Source of the DNA: a virus
Direction: 5' to 3' (one strand)
Length of the DNA stretch: 51,154 nucleotides
IMG/VR virus record: IMGVR_UViG_3300018946_000001
Span: 1-51,154 of that record
In this document: in pieces, positions 7,812 through 14,645 of the stretch
How positions within the stretch are numbered: position 1 is the stretch's first letter
Layout of the letters: every line of letters starts with the position of its first letter
The notes under the pieces: model-generated
Database searches by the model: none
Told to the model about the DNA's origin: nothing
The model's input: the letters and a program-made list of their open reading frames with translations, nothing else
Position numbers and translations under genes: made by a program

Positions 7812-8137
7812 CAGTACTCCTCATCTAGCGTATCGAACCGCTCACGCAAGGAGGCAATGGCGCTGTCGAAGTAACTCAGGGCGGGCTCGTCGTTGTTCAT
7901 CTCGTCAGTGTCAAGCTGGGGGATGCCGAGAATAAGCCCAGGCGACTCGTACAGATTGCCAATCTCATTGTTCCACAGGACACGAAACGTACCGTCATCA
8001 AACAGTTCCACCGAATACCCGCTGCCGCCATAGCCCGCCTGGGTTGATGAGATAATCGCATCTTCCGCCGAATCTACTATGAACGCCTCGAACGCTGCGC
8101 CAAACTGCTGCTGAAGTGTCATCGCTGTACCTTTCAC
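7811..8137 (-). CDS. Acidic hypothetical protein
   Basis: 108-aa ORF (GTG at 8137 or ATG at 8122), D/E-rich (DTDEMNNDE, DTLDEEY). Preceded by its own promoter and operator. Confidence 0.5.
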   Translation of the reverse strand: MKGTAMTLQQQFGAAFEAFIVDSAEDAIISSTQAGYGGSGYSVELFDDGTFRVLWNNEIGNLYESPGLILGIPQLDTDEMNNDEPALSYFDSAIASLRERFDTLDEEY

Positions 8138-8153
8138 GAATGTGTTTCTCCCT

Positions 8154-8184
8154 GTGTGTTACAATGTAACACTTCGTAACACAC
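8154..8184. promoter_or_regulatory. Operator: 17-bp perfect palindrome plus a third half-site
   Basis: GTGTTACAATGTAACAC (8156-8172) is centred on the -10 element. An extra GTAACAC sits at 8176-8182. Confidence 0.55.
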
Positions 8185-8191
8185 TTGTCTA
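8163..8191 (-). promoter_or_regulatory. Candidate sigma70-type promoter for 8137-7494
   Basis: On the minus strand: TAGACA, 17 nt, TACATT. Confidence 0.45.
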
Positions 8192-8210
8192 GTATCAATA
8201 TTTGATGGAC

Positions 8211-8246
8211 AAACGAAAGCGCCCGGCTCGGTGGAGCGGGGCGCTT
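8211..8246 (-). terminator. Rho-independent terminator after 8265-8939
   Basis: 13-bp GC-rich stem with one mismatch, 4-nt loop, followed on the minus strand by TCGTTTGT. Confidence 0.6.
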
Positions 8247-8264
8247 GTGGTGGGGAGGGGTAGG

Positions 8265-8939
8265 CTAGTGGTTGTGCCGAGTGCCGCGCTTGCGGGTTCT
8301 GCGGCCCTTTACGTCCGAGGCTGACAGCAGTTCGTTGCAGCCACAGGCGCATACCGGCAACTCGGCTGCTTGCGTGGCTACTGGCGGTGCTGGCACAAGT
8401 AGTGGTGTGTGTGCAGGCGTCACGGAATTAGGCTCCCGGGCGCTTGCAGGCACTGCTGCTTCTGAGTTGTCGTCTTCCTCGACCGCTTGCACCTCAACAG
8501 CCGGTGTGTACTCAACTTGGGGCGCAATGCGTGCGTAGTTCAGTGCGGGCTCATCCTTGACCGGCGCTGTATGCAGCAATAGATCCGACACGAGGTATGC
8601 TACCCAGGCCAACGGCGCACCGTGTAGCACTGCCAGCAAGCACTCACCCCAGAACGGCAGCGATGCAAGCAACTCAGTGTTGCGGTGGAACAACCCAGCC
8701 AGTGTGTTGTATAGCACGCTGGTAACGACCGCGCCCACGCTGATGAGGGTTGCACGTCGCCTGCCAGCATTGTCCAGTCCTTGTACCACAGCCAAACCAA
8801 TGTATGTCAACTCAAATGCAGCTGCTTGCACAACAGCTACCCAGAACGGAACGAACAGCGCCGCGAATGAATACACGCCGTAGCTTGCAGCCAGTGCAAG
8901 CATCGGAAGCGGCAAGCGTGCCAGAAGATTACGCCACAT
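8265..8939 (-). CDS. Polytopic membrane protein with a Pro/Ala-rich linker and a Cys/basic C-terminal tail
   Basis: About 4 hydrophobic helices in the N-terminal 120 aa. The C-terminus is CACGCNE...KGRRTRKRGTRHNH. Confidence 0.6.
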   Translation of the reverse strand: MWRNLLARLPLPMLALAASYGVYSFAALFVPFWVAVVQAAAFELTYIGLAVVQGLDNAGRRRATLISVGAVVTSVLYNTLAGLFHRNTELLASLPFWGECLLAVLHGAPLAWVAYLVSDLLLHTAPVKDEPALNYARIAPQVEYTPAVEVQAVEEDDNSEAAVPASAREPNSVTPAHTPLLVPAPPVATQAAELPVCACGCNELLSASDVKGRRTRKRGTRHNH

Positions 8940-8943
8940 ATAT

Positions 8944-9972
8944 TTATGCCTCTTGTGCCTGCTTCGCTTCGCGTGACAGGCGTACTATTTGATTGTAATC
9001 ACCACCTAATTCCCGAAGGATTGCACGGGTACTTTTGCCATCAACTGCAAGCTCTTGCACTCGTTCTTGCCACGCTATGCTATCCGCCGAGGGTGTGCTA
9101 TCGTGGCTGCTATAGCGCTCTATAGCGGGGTATAGCGGCTCTCCGATAGCAGCGAATGCGCGGTTTGTGTGCAAGGTTTGGTCAACCATTTTCGGCACAG
9201 AGCGGGTATCAAGTTCGTGTTTTTCCTTGCCCCAGCGATAAGCCCATGCGCGGTAGGTATCTTCCTCGCACTCGACAAACAAGCAGTTGTGCCGTGCCTC
9301 GCCGCGCCCTTCCCATCCCCATGCCTTGACGTTTGTTTCAGTGGCGCAAATGATTACACGCACTCGTGATGAGCGGCCGAGCGTTACCAGATCCAGCACG
9401 GTATCACGCAGCTCTGGACACTTACCGATCACGGTGCTGTACTCATCAACCACGACGGTTAGCCACGGTAGATCCTCGGTTGCTTCGTCGTCTGCGTTGC
9501 GTCGTAGCATCTCGCTGTACACTGCTTGCACGGCCAAGGCGATAGGCTCAAAGCTCATATCTTCCTGGCGCAAGCGCACCGCCGGGAAATCGCCCCACGG
9601 ATCTGCGCGGCGGCTCTTCGGTGTACAGATCACAAGCTGCCCTGGCCTATCGTGTAGGGCTGCAAGCACCAGCGACGTTTTGCCGCTGCCGCTCGGCCCG
9701 CTAACGGCAAGGTGGGGGGTCTTATCGGGCTGATTGTTTAGCCGGTCAAGCCATGCCTGCGGTGCCAGGGGGGGTGTACTTGCAGGCATTGCAAGCGTGC
9801 TTGCAGGCGGCGGCTGGTGAGCGCGTGCTGATGCTTGCGGTGTCGTTGTGTGTGCTTTGCCCCGGCCTATTTGTGACAGCCACAGCAGACCGTAGCAAAG
9901 CGTCGCACCAATGATGCATAACCACACTGCACCGAACATAATCACTTCTGGCGTAATTTCGCGCTCACCCAT
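8944..9972 (-). CDS. Membrane-anchored FtsK/SpoIIIE (TraB-like) P-loop DNA translocase with a C-terminal HTH
   Basis: N-terminal TM (FGAVWLCIIGATLCYGLLWL). Walker A is VSGPSGSGKTS and Walker B is LTVVVDEYS. ICTPK, VYSEMLRR and GRSSRVRVIICATETN parallel the FtsK blocks. C-terminal STRAILRELGGDYNQIVRLS. Confidence 0.7.
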   Translation of the reverse strand: MGEREITPEVIMFGAVWLCIIGATLCYGLLWLSQIGRGKAHTTTPQASARAHQPPPASTLAMPASTPPLAPQAWLDRLNNQPDKTPHLAVSGPSGSGKTSLVLAALHDRPGQLVICTPKSRRADPWGDFPAVRLRQEDMSFEPIALAVQAVYSEMLRRNADDEATEDLPWLTVVVDEYSTVIGKCPELRDTVLDLVTLGRSSRVRVIICATETNVKAWGWEGRGEARHNCLFVECEEDTYRAWAYRWGKEKHELDTRSVPKMVDQTLHTNRAFAAIGEPLYPAIERYSSHDSTPSADSIAWQERVQELAVDGKSTRAILRELGGDYNQIVRLSREAKQAQEA

Positions 9973-9983
9973 AGCCGCCTCCT

Positions 9984-10463
9984 CTAATGCTTGTGCTTGA
10001 CCAAGATCCGCTCTGGTAGTATGTCGCTACCGACTACGCCTATCAGAAGCATCAGCCAGGCGTTAATCGTTGCAACAACCTCGACGAACGGACCATCTAT
10101 CCATTGAAAAAGTATACCGCTGATGTCTAGTAGCCACGGGAACAGCGGTTCGTGAAAGCTGAGTGTTGACGGGATAGCACTGGCGGCCAGTGCGAACAGA
10201 TACCACCAGTGGCGATTTGTACGAAGAAAGGCGAACTGCATACCGCTGAATACTACCTGCCAAGCAAGCGCAAAAAAGAATGCCTTGACCGCGGTTCCGT
10301 CTCGCTCTCCCAGCCGATCCCATCCGCCATTGAACAATACGAAGTTGCCGAACATACTGATAAGGAACAGCCCGCCAGCAAAGAAGCGTAGCCCGTTGAC
10401 CGCAATTGGTTCTGCCAGCGAGGTGGGGATAACGCCCGTTTCGATGCCGCGTACATTCGCCAT
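9984..10463 (-). CDS. Polytopic membrane protein (about 4 TM)
   Basis: 159-aa hydrophobic ORF in the same operon. Confidence 0.6.
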   Translation of the reverse strand: MANVRGIETGVIPTSLAEPIAVNGLRFFAGGLFLISMFGNFVLFNGGWDRLGERDGTAVKAFFFALAWQVVFSGMQFAFLRTNRHWWYLFALAASAIPSTLSFHEPLFPWLLDISGILFQWIDGPFVEVVATINAWLMLLIGVVGSDILPERILVKHKH

Positions 10464-10465
10464 GA

Positions 10466-10690
10466 CTAGCCTCCTTGCTGTGCCAGCGCTTGCAGAGCAA
10501 TCGCGGCGAGATATGCCAACACACTAAACAGCACCACACGAGCAAGCGCCTTTGGCGCGTAATCACGTTGACCGCGTAAGGTCCATGCACCTACTGTGCA
10601 TGCAGCCACAATGGGAAAGGGGCCAGCAATTGCGAGCGTACGCAAGAAGACCCACGTTGCCGTTAGTACGGCGTATGCTTCTGGTGTCAT
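10466..10690 (-). CDS. Small membrane protein (2-3 TM)
   Basis: 74-aa hydrophobic ORF. Overlaps the upstream gene by 4 nt. Confidence 0.5.
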   Translation of the reverse strand: MTPEAYAVLTATWVFLRTLAIAGPFPIVAACTVGAWTLRGQRDYAPKALARVVLFSVLAYLAAIALQALAQQGG

Positions 10691-10872
10691 TTGCCACCTG
10701 CCAAATACGAGCTAGTGGCGAGCATCCCTAGCACGGTCGGCACAATGAACAAAGCCACTGCCAACAACATTGTCCAGAGCCGTGCCGCTCGTGGCAGGCC
10801 GAACCCCCACAGCAGCACACCGATAGCGATAATTAAGCCGATGGCATTGAACGTATCAACGACTTCACCCAT
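10687..10872 (-). CDS. Small membrane protein (2 TM)
   Basis: 61-aa hydrophobic ORF. GGGGGA RBS 7 nt upstream on the minus strand. Confidence 0.5.
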   Translation of the reverse strand: MGEVVDTFNAIGLIIAIGVLLWGFGLPRAARLWTMLLAVALFIVPTVLGMLATSSYLAGGK

Positions 10873-10958
10873 GATATAATCCCCCTGTAATTGGAGCTGC
10901 TCCGCAGCTTTCGATTGCGCCGGTCAGGGGTTGTAACTGTCCAGGTCGCGCCCCTGAC

Positions 10959-11144
10959 CTACCCATCTTCCTTTGTTTCTTTGATCCGCACCCACTCCTC
11001 TACAGCTTTTTCCGTAATGCGGTATTGCTTGCCTGGCCGGGTCGCTGCGAGCTTCTTTTGCTTAATGGCCCGCGTTACCGTATTCGGTGTAATCCTGAAA
11101 CGTTCTGCTACCTCTTCTACCGTATATACCTTCTCTTCATTCAC
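10959..11144 (-). CDS. Excisionase/MerR-type (HTH_17) DNA-binding protein
   Basis: YTVEEVAERFRITPNTVTRAIKQKKL...RPGKQYRITEKAVEEWV. I trimmed the track ORF to the GTG at 11144 (AGAGAGGT RBS), because the promoter lies inside the longer ORF. Confidence 0.65.
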   Translation of the reverse strand: MNEEKVYTVEEVAERFRITPNTVTRAIKQKKLAATRPGKQYRITEKAVEEWVRIKETKEDG

Positions 11145-11160
11145 ATGCTTACCTCTCTTT

Positions 11161-11188
11161 CCTGTATTCCTGTATTCCTGTAATTGCG
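11161..11188. repeat. Tandem 8-mers CCTGTATT / CCTGTATT / CCTGTAATTGCG
   Basis: Three head-to-tail copies just downstream of the minus-strand promoter. CTGTAATTG(CG) recurs at 11205-11215 and 10885-10893, and CCTGTATT recurs at 11313-11320. Confidence 0.8.
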
Positions 11189-11190
11189 TT

Positions 11191-11219
11191 ATTGTAGCAC
11201 GTTGCTGTAATTGCGTCAA
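11191..11219 (-). promoter_or_regulatory. Near-consensus promoter of the minus-strand membrane/FtsK-like operon
   Basis: On the minus strand: TTGACG, 17 nt, TACAAT. Confidence 0.65.
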
Positions 11220-11325
11220 TAAAAACTAGTTTCACCCCCACCCAGCCCCGCTCCTCAGTGGGGCTTTCGCTTGCCCGGCGGGCGGCGTGGGCGCGGATTG
11301 CTCCCCGAATTGCCTGTATTGCCTA

Positions 11326-11353
11326 TTGACATTGTTTTCATTAGTGCTATAAT
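11326..11353 (+). promoter_or_regulatory. Consensus promoter of the rightward early operon
   Basis: TTGACA, 16 nt, TATAAT, with TGc just upstream of the -10. Confidence 0.7.
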
Positions 11354-11358
11354 GAAAA
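11335..11358. promoter_or_regulatory. Inverted-repeat operator overlapping the -10
   Basis: TTTTCATTA, 6 nt, TAATGAAAA (9-bp perfect arms). Confidence 0.55.
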
Positions 11359-11393
11359 CAAGGAAGTAAGGGATTACAAGAAAGCGAACGACA

Positions 11394-11561
11394 ATGACAC
11401 ACACGATTGAAGTAATAAAAAAAGCAACTGGCTGGAAAGTCTACACCGCAGTCTACGGTAGCCCTCGTGATACATTCCAGTACAAGACTGAGAAGGCAGC
11501 GGTACGGAAGGTTCAGGAATTAGAGCGCAATGGGTACACGCTTGTAACGTTGTCAAAGTAA
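11394..11561 (+). CDS. Small hypothetical protein (55 aa, below the ORF-track cutoff)
   Basis: First ORF after the consensus promoter: MTHTIEVIKKATGWKVYTAVYGSPRDTFQYKTEKAAVRKVQELERNGYTLVTLSK. Weak RBS. Confidence 0.4.
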   Translation: MTHTIEVIKKATGWKVYTAVYGSPRDTFQYKTEKAAVRKVQELERNGYTLVTLSK

Positions 11562-11569
11562 GGAGCAGG

Positions 11570-11821
11570 ATGGCACCGAAGGAGAACAAGAACGCAGTAG
11601 GGAGCCAGGGAAATCGCTCTGGCTCCCGCTATAAAGGCGGGCGACCACCGGAACGCTACCTCAAGTTGGATCTTGGCAAGGAACGTATCAAGGCGCTGCG
11701 AACCCTCGCAACCGCCGAAGGACTGACGCCCGCCGCGCTGGTGGAGCAATGGATAGCCGAGCGATTAGCACCGCCGCCCGCTGTGGGCGACGGGGCGGAT
11801 ACGAAGAAAGAGGAACGATAA
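11570..11821 (+). CDS. Ribbon-helix-helix (CopG/Arc-like) DNA-binding protein
   Basis: AGGAG RBS. LKLDLGKERIKALRTLATAEGLTPAALVEQWIAE gives the strand-helix-helix pattern. Confidence 0.6.
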   Translation: MAPKENKNAVGSQGNRSGSRYKGGRPPERYLKLDLGKERIKALRTLATAEGLTPAALVEQWIAERLAPPPAVGDGADTKKEER

Positions 11822-12030
11822 TGTTTTCTAAGTCTGTTTCATGTGAGCGATGCGGTACAACAGATAACGTGGTTACATCGCACCTAACAGTACAACTGGA
11901 TGGTGGTATGCAAAACGAAGCACAATTCAGGCTATGTTTGCCTTGTCAGCGTGAAGGGCGCGACATGGAGCCGCTAGAGAGCATTAGCGACTTCTTGACA
12001 CGAGTGCAGCCAGCAACGGAGGGTATGTGA
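11821..12030 (+). CDS. Small zinc-ribbon protein
   Basis: TAATG overlap start. CERCG...CLPCQ. Confidence 0.5.
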   Translation: MFSKSVSCERCGTTDNVVTSHLTVQLDGGMQNEAQFRLCLPCQREGRDMEPLESISDFLTRVQPATEGM

Positions 12031-12305
12031 CAAAAAAGGCATACCCCCTAGATATACAAGATATTCGGGAGTTTGAAGGCGGTCCGCGTCCGATCTGGTA
12101 TACATCGAAGGGGCACCATGACGCTACGGTGTTCTGTGAAGAATTGCAGCGCGTGTATGGCATACATGTGGAGCCCTCAGAAGTGCGCCAGGGATGGCAA
12201 CGAACTGTACCAAGCGGTCCTGACTATCCTGGCTGGGTTGCAGTGTGGCCTGCAAGGGCGGGTGCGCGTGGCGCGTATCCGATTACGGTGGTTGAGATAC
12301 CGTAG
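12027..12305 (+). CDS. Hypothetical protein
   Basis: GTG start overlapping the upstream stop. 92 aa. Confidence 0.5.
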   Translation: MTKKAYPLDIQDIREFEGGPRPIWYTSKGHHDATVFCEELQRVYGIHVEPSEVRQGWQRTVPSGPDYPGWVAVWPARAGARGAYPITVVEIP

Positions 12306-12316
12306 TTATGAGGTGA

Positions 12317-12598
12317 ATGCTTGCAGGTACTAGAACAATGACCCCCTTCGACCGCCGCTTGCTCGCCGCCATCGTGCGCCTCGGCCGTAACGCCTACGGT
12401 GTGACAATCCGCCAAGCGGTCGCCGCTGCCGAGGGCAGGGACACGGCGATTGGGGCAGTGTACGCGGCGCTGGAGCGGCTAGAGGAACAAGGGCTGGTTG
12501 ACAGCTTCGAGGGCGAGGCAACGGCAGGGCGCGGCGGGCGGCGGAAACGGTACTGGATCGTGACGAATGCGGGGAAAGTTACACTAGAGAGAGGTTGA
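12317..12598 (+). CDS. PadR-like winged-helix transcriptional regulator
   Basis: YGVTIRQAV...GAVYAALERLEEQGLVDS...RRKRYWIVTNAGK. The start could instead be the ATG at 12338. Confidence 0.6.
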   Translation: MLAGTRTMTPFDRRLLAAIVRLGRNAYGVTIRQAVAAAEGRDTAIGAVYAALERLEEQGLVDSFEGEATAGRGGRRKRYWIVTNAGKVTLERG

Positions 12599-12600
12599 TT

Positions 12601-12978
12601 ATGACACTTGCATCACAACAGGTACAACTCGTCAGGATGCTGCGATCTAGTACGTTCGTTCAGGCGAACGGGCGTCTAAGGAAAGGTAGTTGCTTTTGCT
12701 TTGGCGGGCTGCTGTGCGAGGCGTACCGCAGAGCCACGGGCCGTGGCAGGTGGATACACGCCACAACTGGATGGAGCTTTGCGCTTGGATCGCACGAGAG
12801 CAATGTGCTCGTGCCAAGAGAGGTTTGTGAGTGGTCCGGCTTCACGAACGAAACGCTTGACTTCCTTGTCCTTCTCAATGATCAGGGCGCAACGTTTCCA
12901 GAATTGGCACAACGCATTGAGGCTGGTTGTATGGTTGAAGCGGGTATCTTGTCATACTCTCAAACGGAAAGGACATAG
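12601..12978 (+). CDS. Hypothetical protein, paralogue of 44971-45315
   Basis: GAGAGAGG RBS. Shared blocks G-RLR, CF/CLGxLCE, W, LP/VPxxVxxW-G, NDxG-xFxxxAxxIE. Confidence 0.55.
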   Translation: MTLASQQVQLVRMLRSSTFVQANGRLRKGSCFCFGGLLCEAYRRATGRGRWIHATTGWSFALGSHESNVLVPREVCEWSGFTNETLDFLVLLNDQGATFPELAQRIEAGCMVEAGILSYSQTERT

Positions 12979-12981
12979 ACA

Positions 12982-13173
12982 ATGTGGATCGTAACATGGT
13001 ACAAGAAACGGCAAGCGCGGCGGCTACTATGCGAGGGGTTGCATTTGCGCCCCGGCACACCTGACACCCTGCTTGTCCTTCTGGCGCGTGATGTATTGAT
13101 GAATGGCAAGCGGCATGGTGAAGAGCCGCCAGCACACTTGGTCGAGGCAGTGAATCTGTTGCGTACACGGTAG
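12982..13173 (+). CDS. Small hypothetical protein
   Basis: 63-aa ORF with a GGAAAGGA RBS-like element. Confidence 0.4.
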   Translation: MWIVTWYKKRQARRLLCEGLHLRPGTPDTLLVLLARDVLMNGKRHGEEPPAHLVEAVNLLRTR

Positions 13174-13219
13174 TTGATAATGAGAAGGAAGGTTCTCGTA
13201 ACCAAGAAAGGGATACATT

Positions 13220-13426
13220 GTGAAGATAGTCTACATCAAAAAAGACGATCAGAAGGGTTTCTATAGCGGTCCTGCGCCTGAGTATGGCAAACCGCTTGGA
13301 GAGTTTACAGTCACGACAGCCCAAGCGGCAACCGACATGAGCAGGCAAGAAGCAGAAACCGTAGTAGATAAGTTGAAGCGCAGGGGATGGAAAGCAGACG
13401 TATGCGACCCTGCGTATGAGCGATAG
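13220..13426 (+). CDS. Small hypothetical protein
   Basis: GTG start. 68 aa with protein-like composition. Confidence 0.45.
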   Translation: MKIVYIKKDDQKGFYSGPAPEYGKPLGEFTVTTAQAATDMSRQEAETVVDKLKRRGWKADVCDPAYER

Positions 13427-13480
13427 CGTGATACTAATGAGAACGTGACTTCCCACAAGTATACATAACAAGGAGATATG

Positions 13481-13813
13481 ATGGCAACATTCGGCAGTGC
13501 GGTGCGGTCGCTTCGCAAGGAAGCAGGTTTGACCCAACGGCAACTTGCTACGTTGCTCAGCGTTGATTTCACCTACATCAGCAAGATTGAGAACGGGCGC
13601 ACCGATATGCCACCGAGCTGTATGCTGATCACACACATGGCTACTGTATTTAACATGCCACCCGATGACCTGTTGGCACTGGCAGGACAGCTTGACTACA
13701 AGGCATTGCAGCAAGTAGCGATGGAGGTACCAGAGGTGGCACGGTTGCTACGGCGGCTCCAAACTCGGCAGTTCAGTGTAGATGCTATTCGGCGGTTCTT
13801 AAAGGGGGCGTGA
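13481..13813 (+). CDS. XRE-family HTH transcriptional regulator
   Basis: AGGAG 5 nt upstream. VRSLRKEAGLTQRQLATLLSVDFTYISKIENGR. Confidence 0.8.
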   Translation: MATFGSAVRSLRKEAGLTQRQLATLLSVDFTYISKIENGRTDMPPSCMLITHMATVFNMPPDDLLALAGQLDYKALQQVAMEVPEVARLLRRLQTRQFSVDAIRRFLKGA

Positions 13814-14133
13814 TGTTCCAACCCGTTCGAGAGTTGCACGATAAGGCGATGGAGCTTTCCCAACTCGGCATGGTTACCGCTCACACCGGTGAGGCTGAGC
13901 GGGCCCGGCAACTCTACAGCGAGGCGTTACCATTCGAGCGCCAGGCCGCTGAGCAGATCGCTGCACTGCCGGATCAGTCCAGGGCTGAACCGACGCGGGG
14001 CATTCTGTTCTACTCGGCAGCGTCTATTGCATTCAAGGCTGGCAACTACGAGGAGGCCGAGCGGATAGTGGCCGTGCAAGCGGCTTCACGCGGCGAAGCG
14101 AAAGATTGCAGAGTGGGCGGACAAGGGCTATGA
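13813..14133 (+). CDS. Helical (TPR-like) hypothetical protein
   Basis: TGATG overlap with the XRE gene. Helical repeat-like sequence. Confidence 0.45.
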   Translation: MFQPVRELHDKAMELSQLGMVTAHTGEAERARQLYSEALPFERQAAEQIAALPDQSRAEPTRGILFYSAASIAFKAGNYEEAERIVAVQAASRGEAKDCRVGGQGL

Positions 14134-14151
14134 AGTGAAGGAGGAGATGGT

Positions 14152-14481
14152 ATGAAGGCTCTTATTGTGACTATGCCTAATCGTATTCGGTGGTCGGTGC
14201 CTGTGTGTATCATTGCCGAAGATCGGGCGCGGCATCTTGCCAAGAGGGATAGTGCGCGGGGGTACGGTACATATGATGCTGTGTACGCTGAAGAGTATGC
14301 CAACACGCTTGTTGATGAAGAAGAGTTGTTGGACTGGGCGGCAAACAATATGAACTGGAGCGATGTACAACCCCACGCGCTACCACATGTAGAGTTACCG
14401 GTAACGGACGAAGAGTTACAGGATGCGTGGGTCAACGGCGACCATGAGATTATCGAGGTAGAAGAAATTGTCATAGCCTAA
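14152..14481 (+). CDS. Acidic hypothetical protein
   Basis: AAGGAGGAG RBS 5 nt upstream. 109 aa with a D/E-rich C-terminus. Confidence 0.55.
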   Translation: MKALIVTMPNRIRWSVPVCIIAEDRARHLAKRDSARGYGTYDAVYAEEYANTLVDEEELLDWAANNMNWSDVQPHALPHVELPVTDEELQDAWVNGDHEIIEVEEIVIA

Positions 14482-14499
14482 TACCCCGATCCCACTTAT

Positions 14500-14531
14500 G
14501 CCCCAGCCTTCACCCGCTGGGGCTTCTTGTT
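14500..14531 (+). terminator. Rho-independent terminator
   Basis: GCCCCAGC, 8-nt loop, GCTGGGGC, then TTCTTGTT. Confidence 0.65.
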
Positions 14532-14578
14532 GCCAGATTACAGAATGCCTGTATAGGGCACAATCGGCCCTATACTCA

Positions 14579-14607
14579 TTGACGAAGCGTTTCCTACGTG
14601 ATATGAT
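14579..14607 (+). promoter_or_regulatory. Candidate promoter upstream of the lysis/late genes
   Basis: TTGACG, 17 nt, TATGAT. Preceded by the inverted repeat GTATAGGGC-7-GCCCTATAC (14551-14575). Confidence 0.5.
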
Positions 14608-14645
14608 TATGGTCAAGCTACGCTGATCACGTAGCTGCCGCATCA

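Noticed and set aside
12875-13714. 279-aa minus-strand ORF.
   Set aside because: It is antisense to four short + genes that have RBSs and an XRE HTH. Its composition (C/H/R-rich) is typical of a shadow frame.
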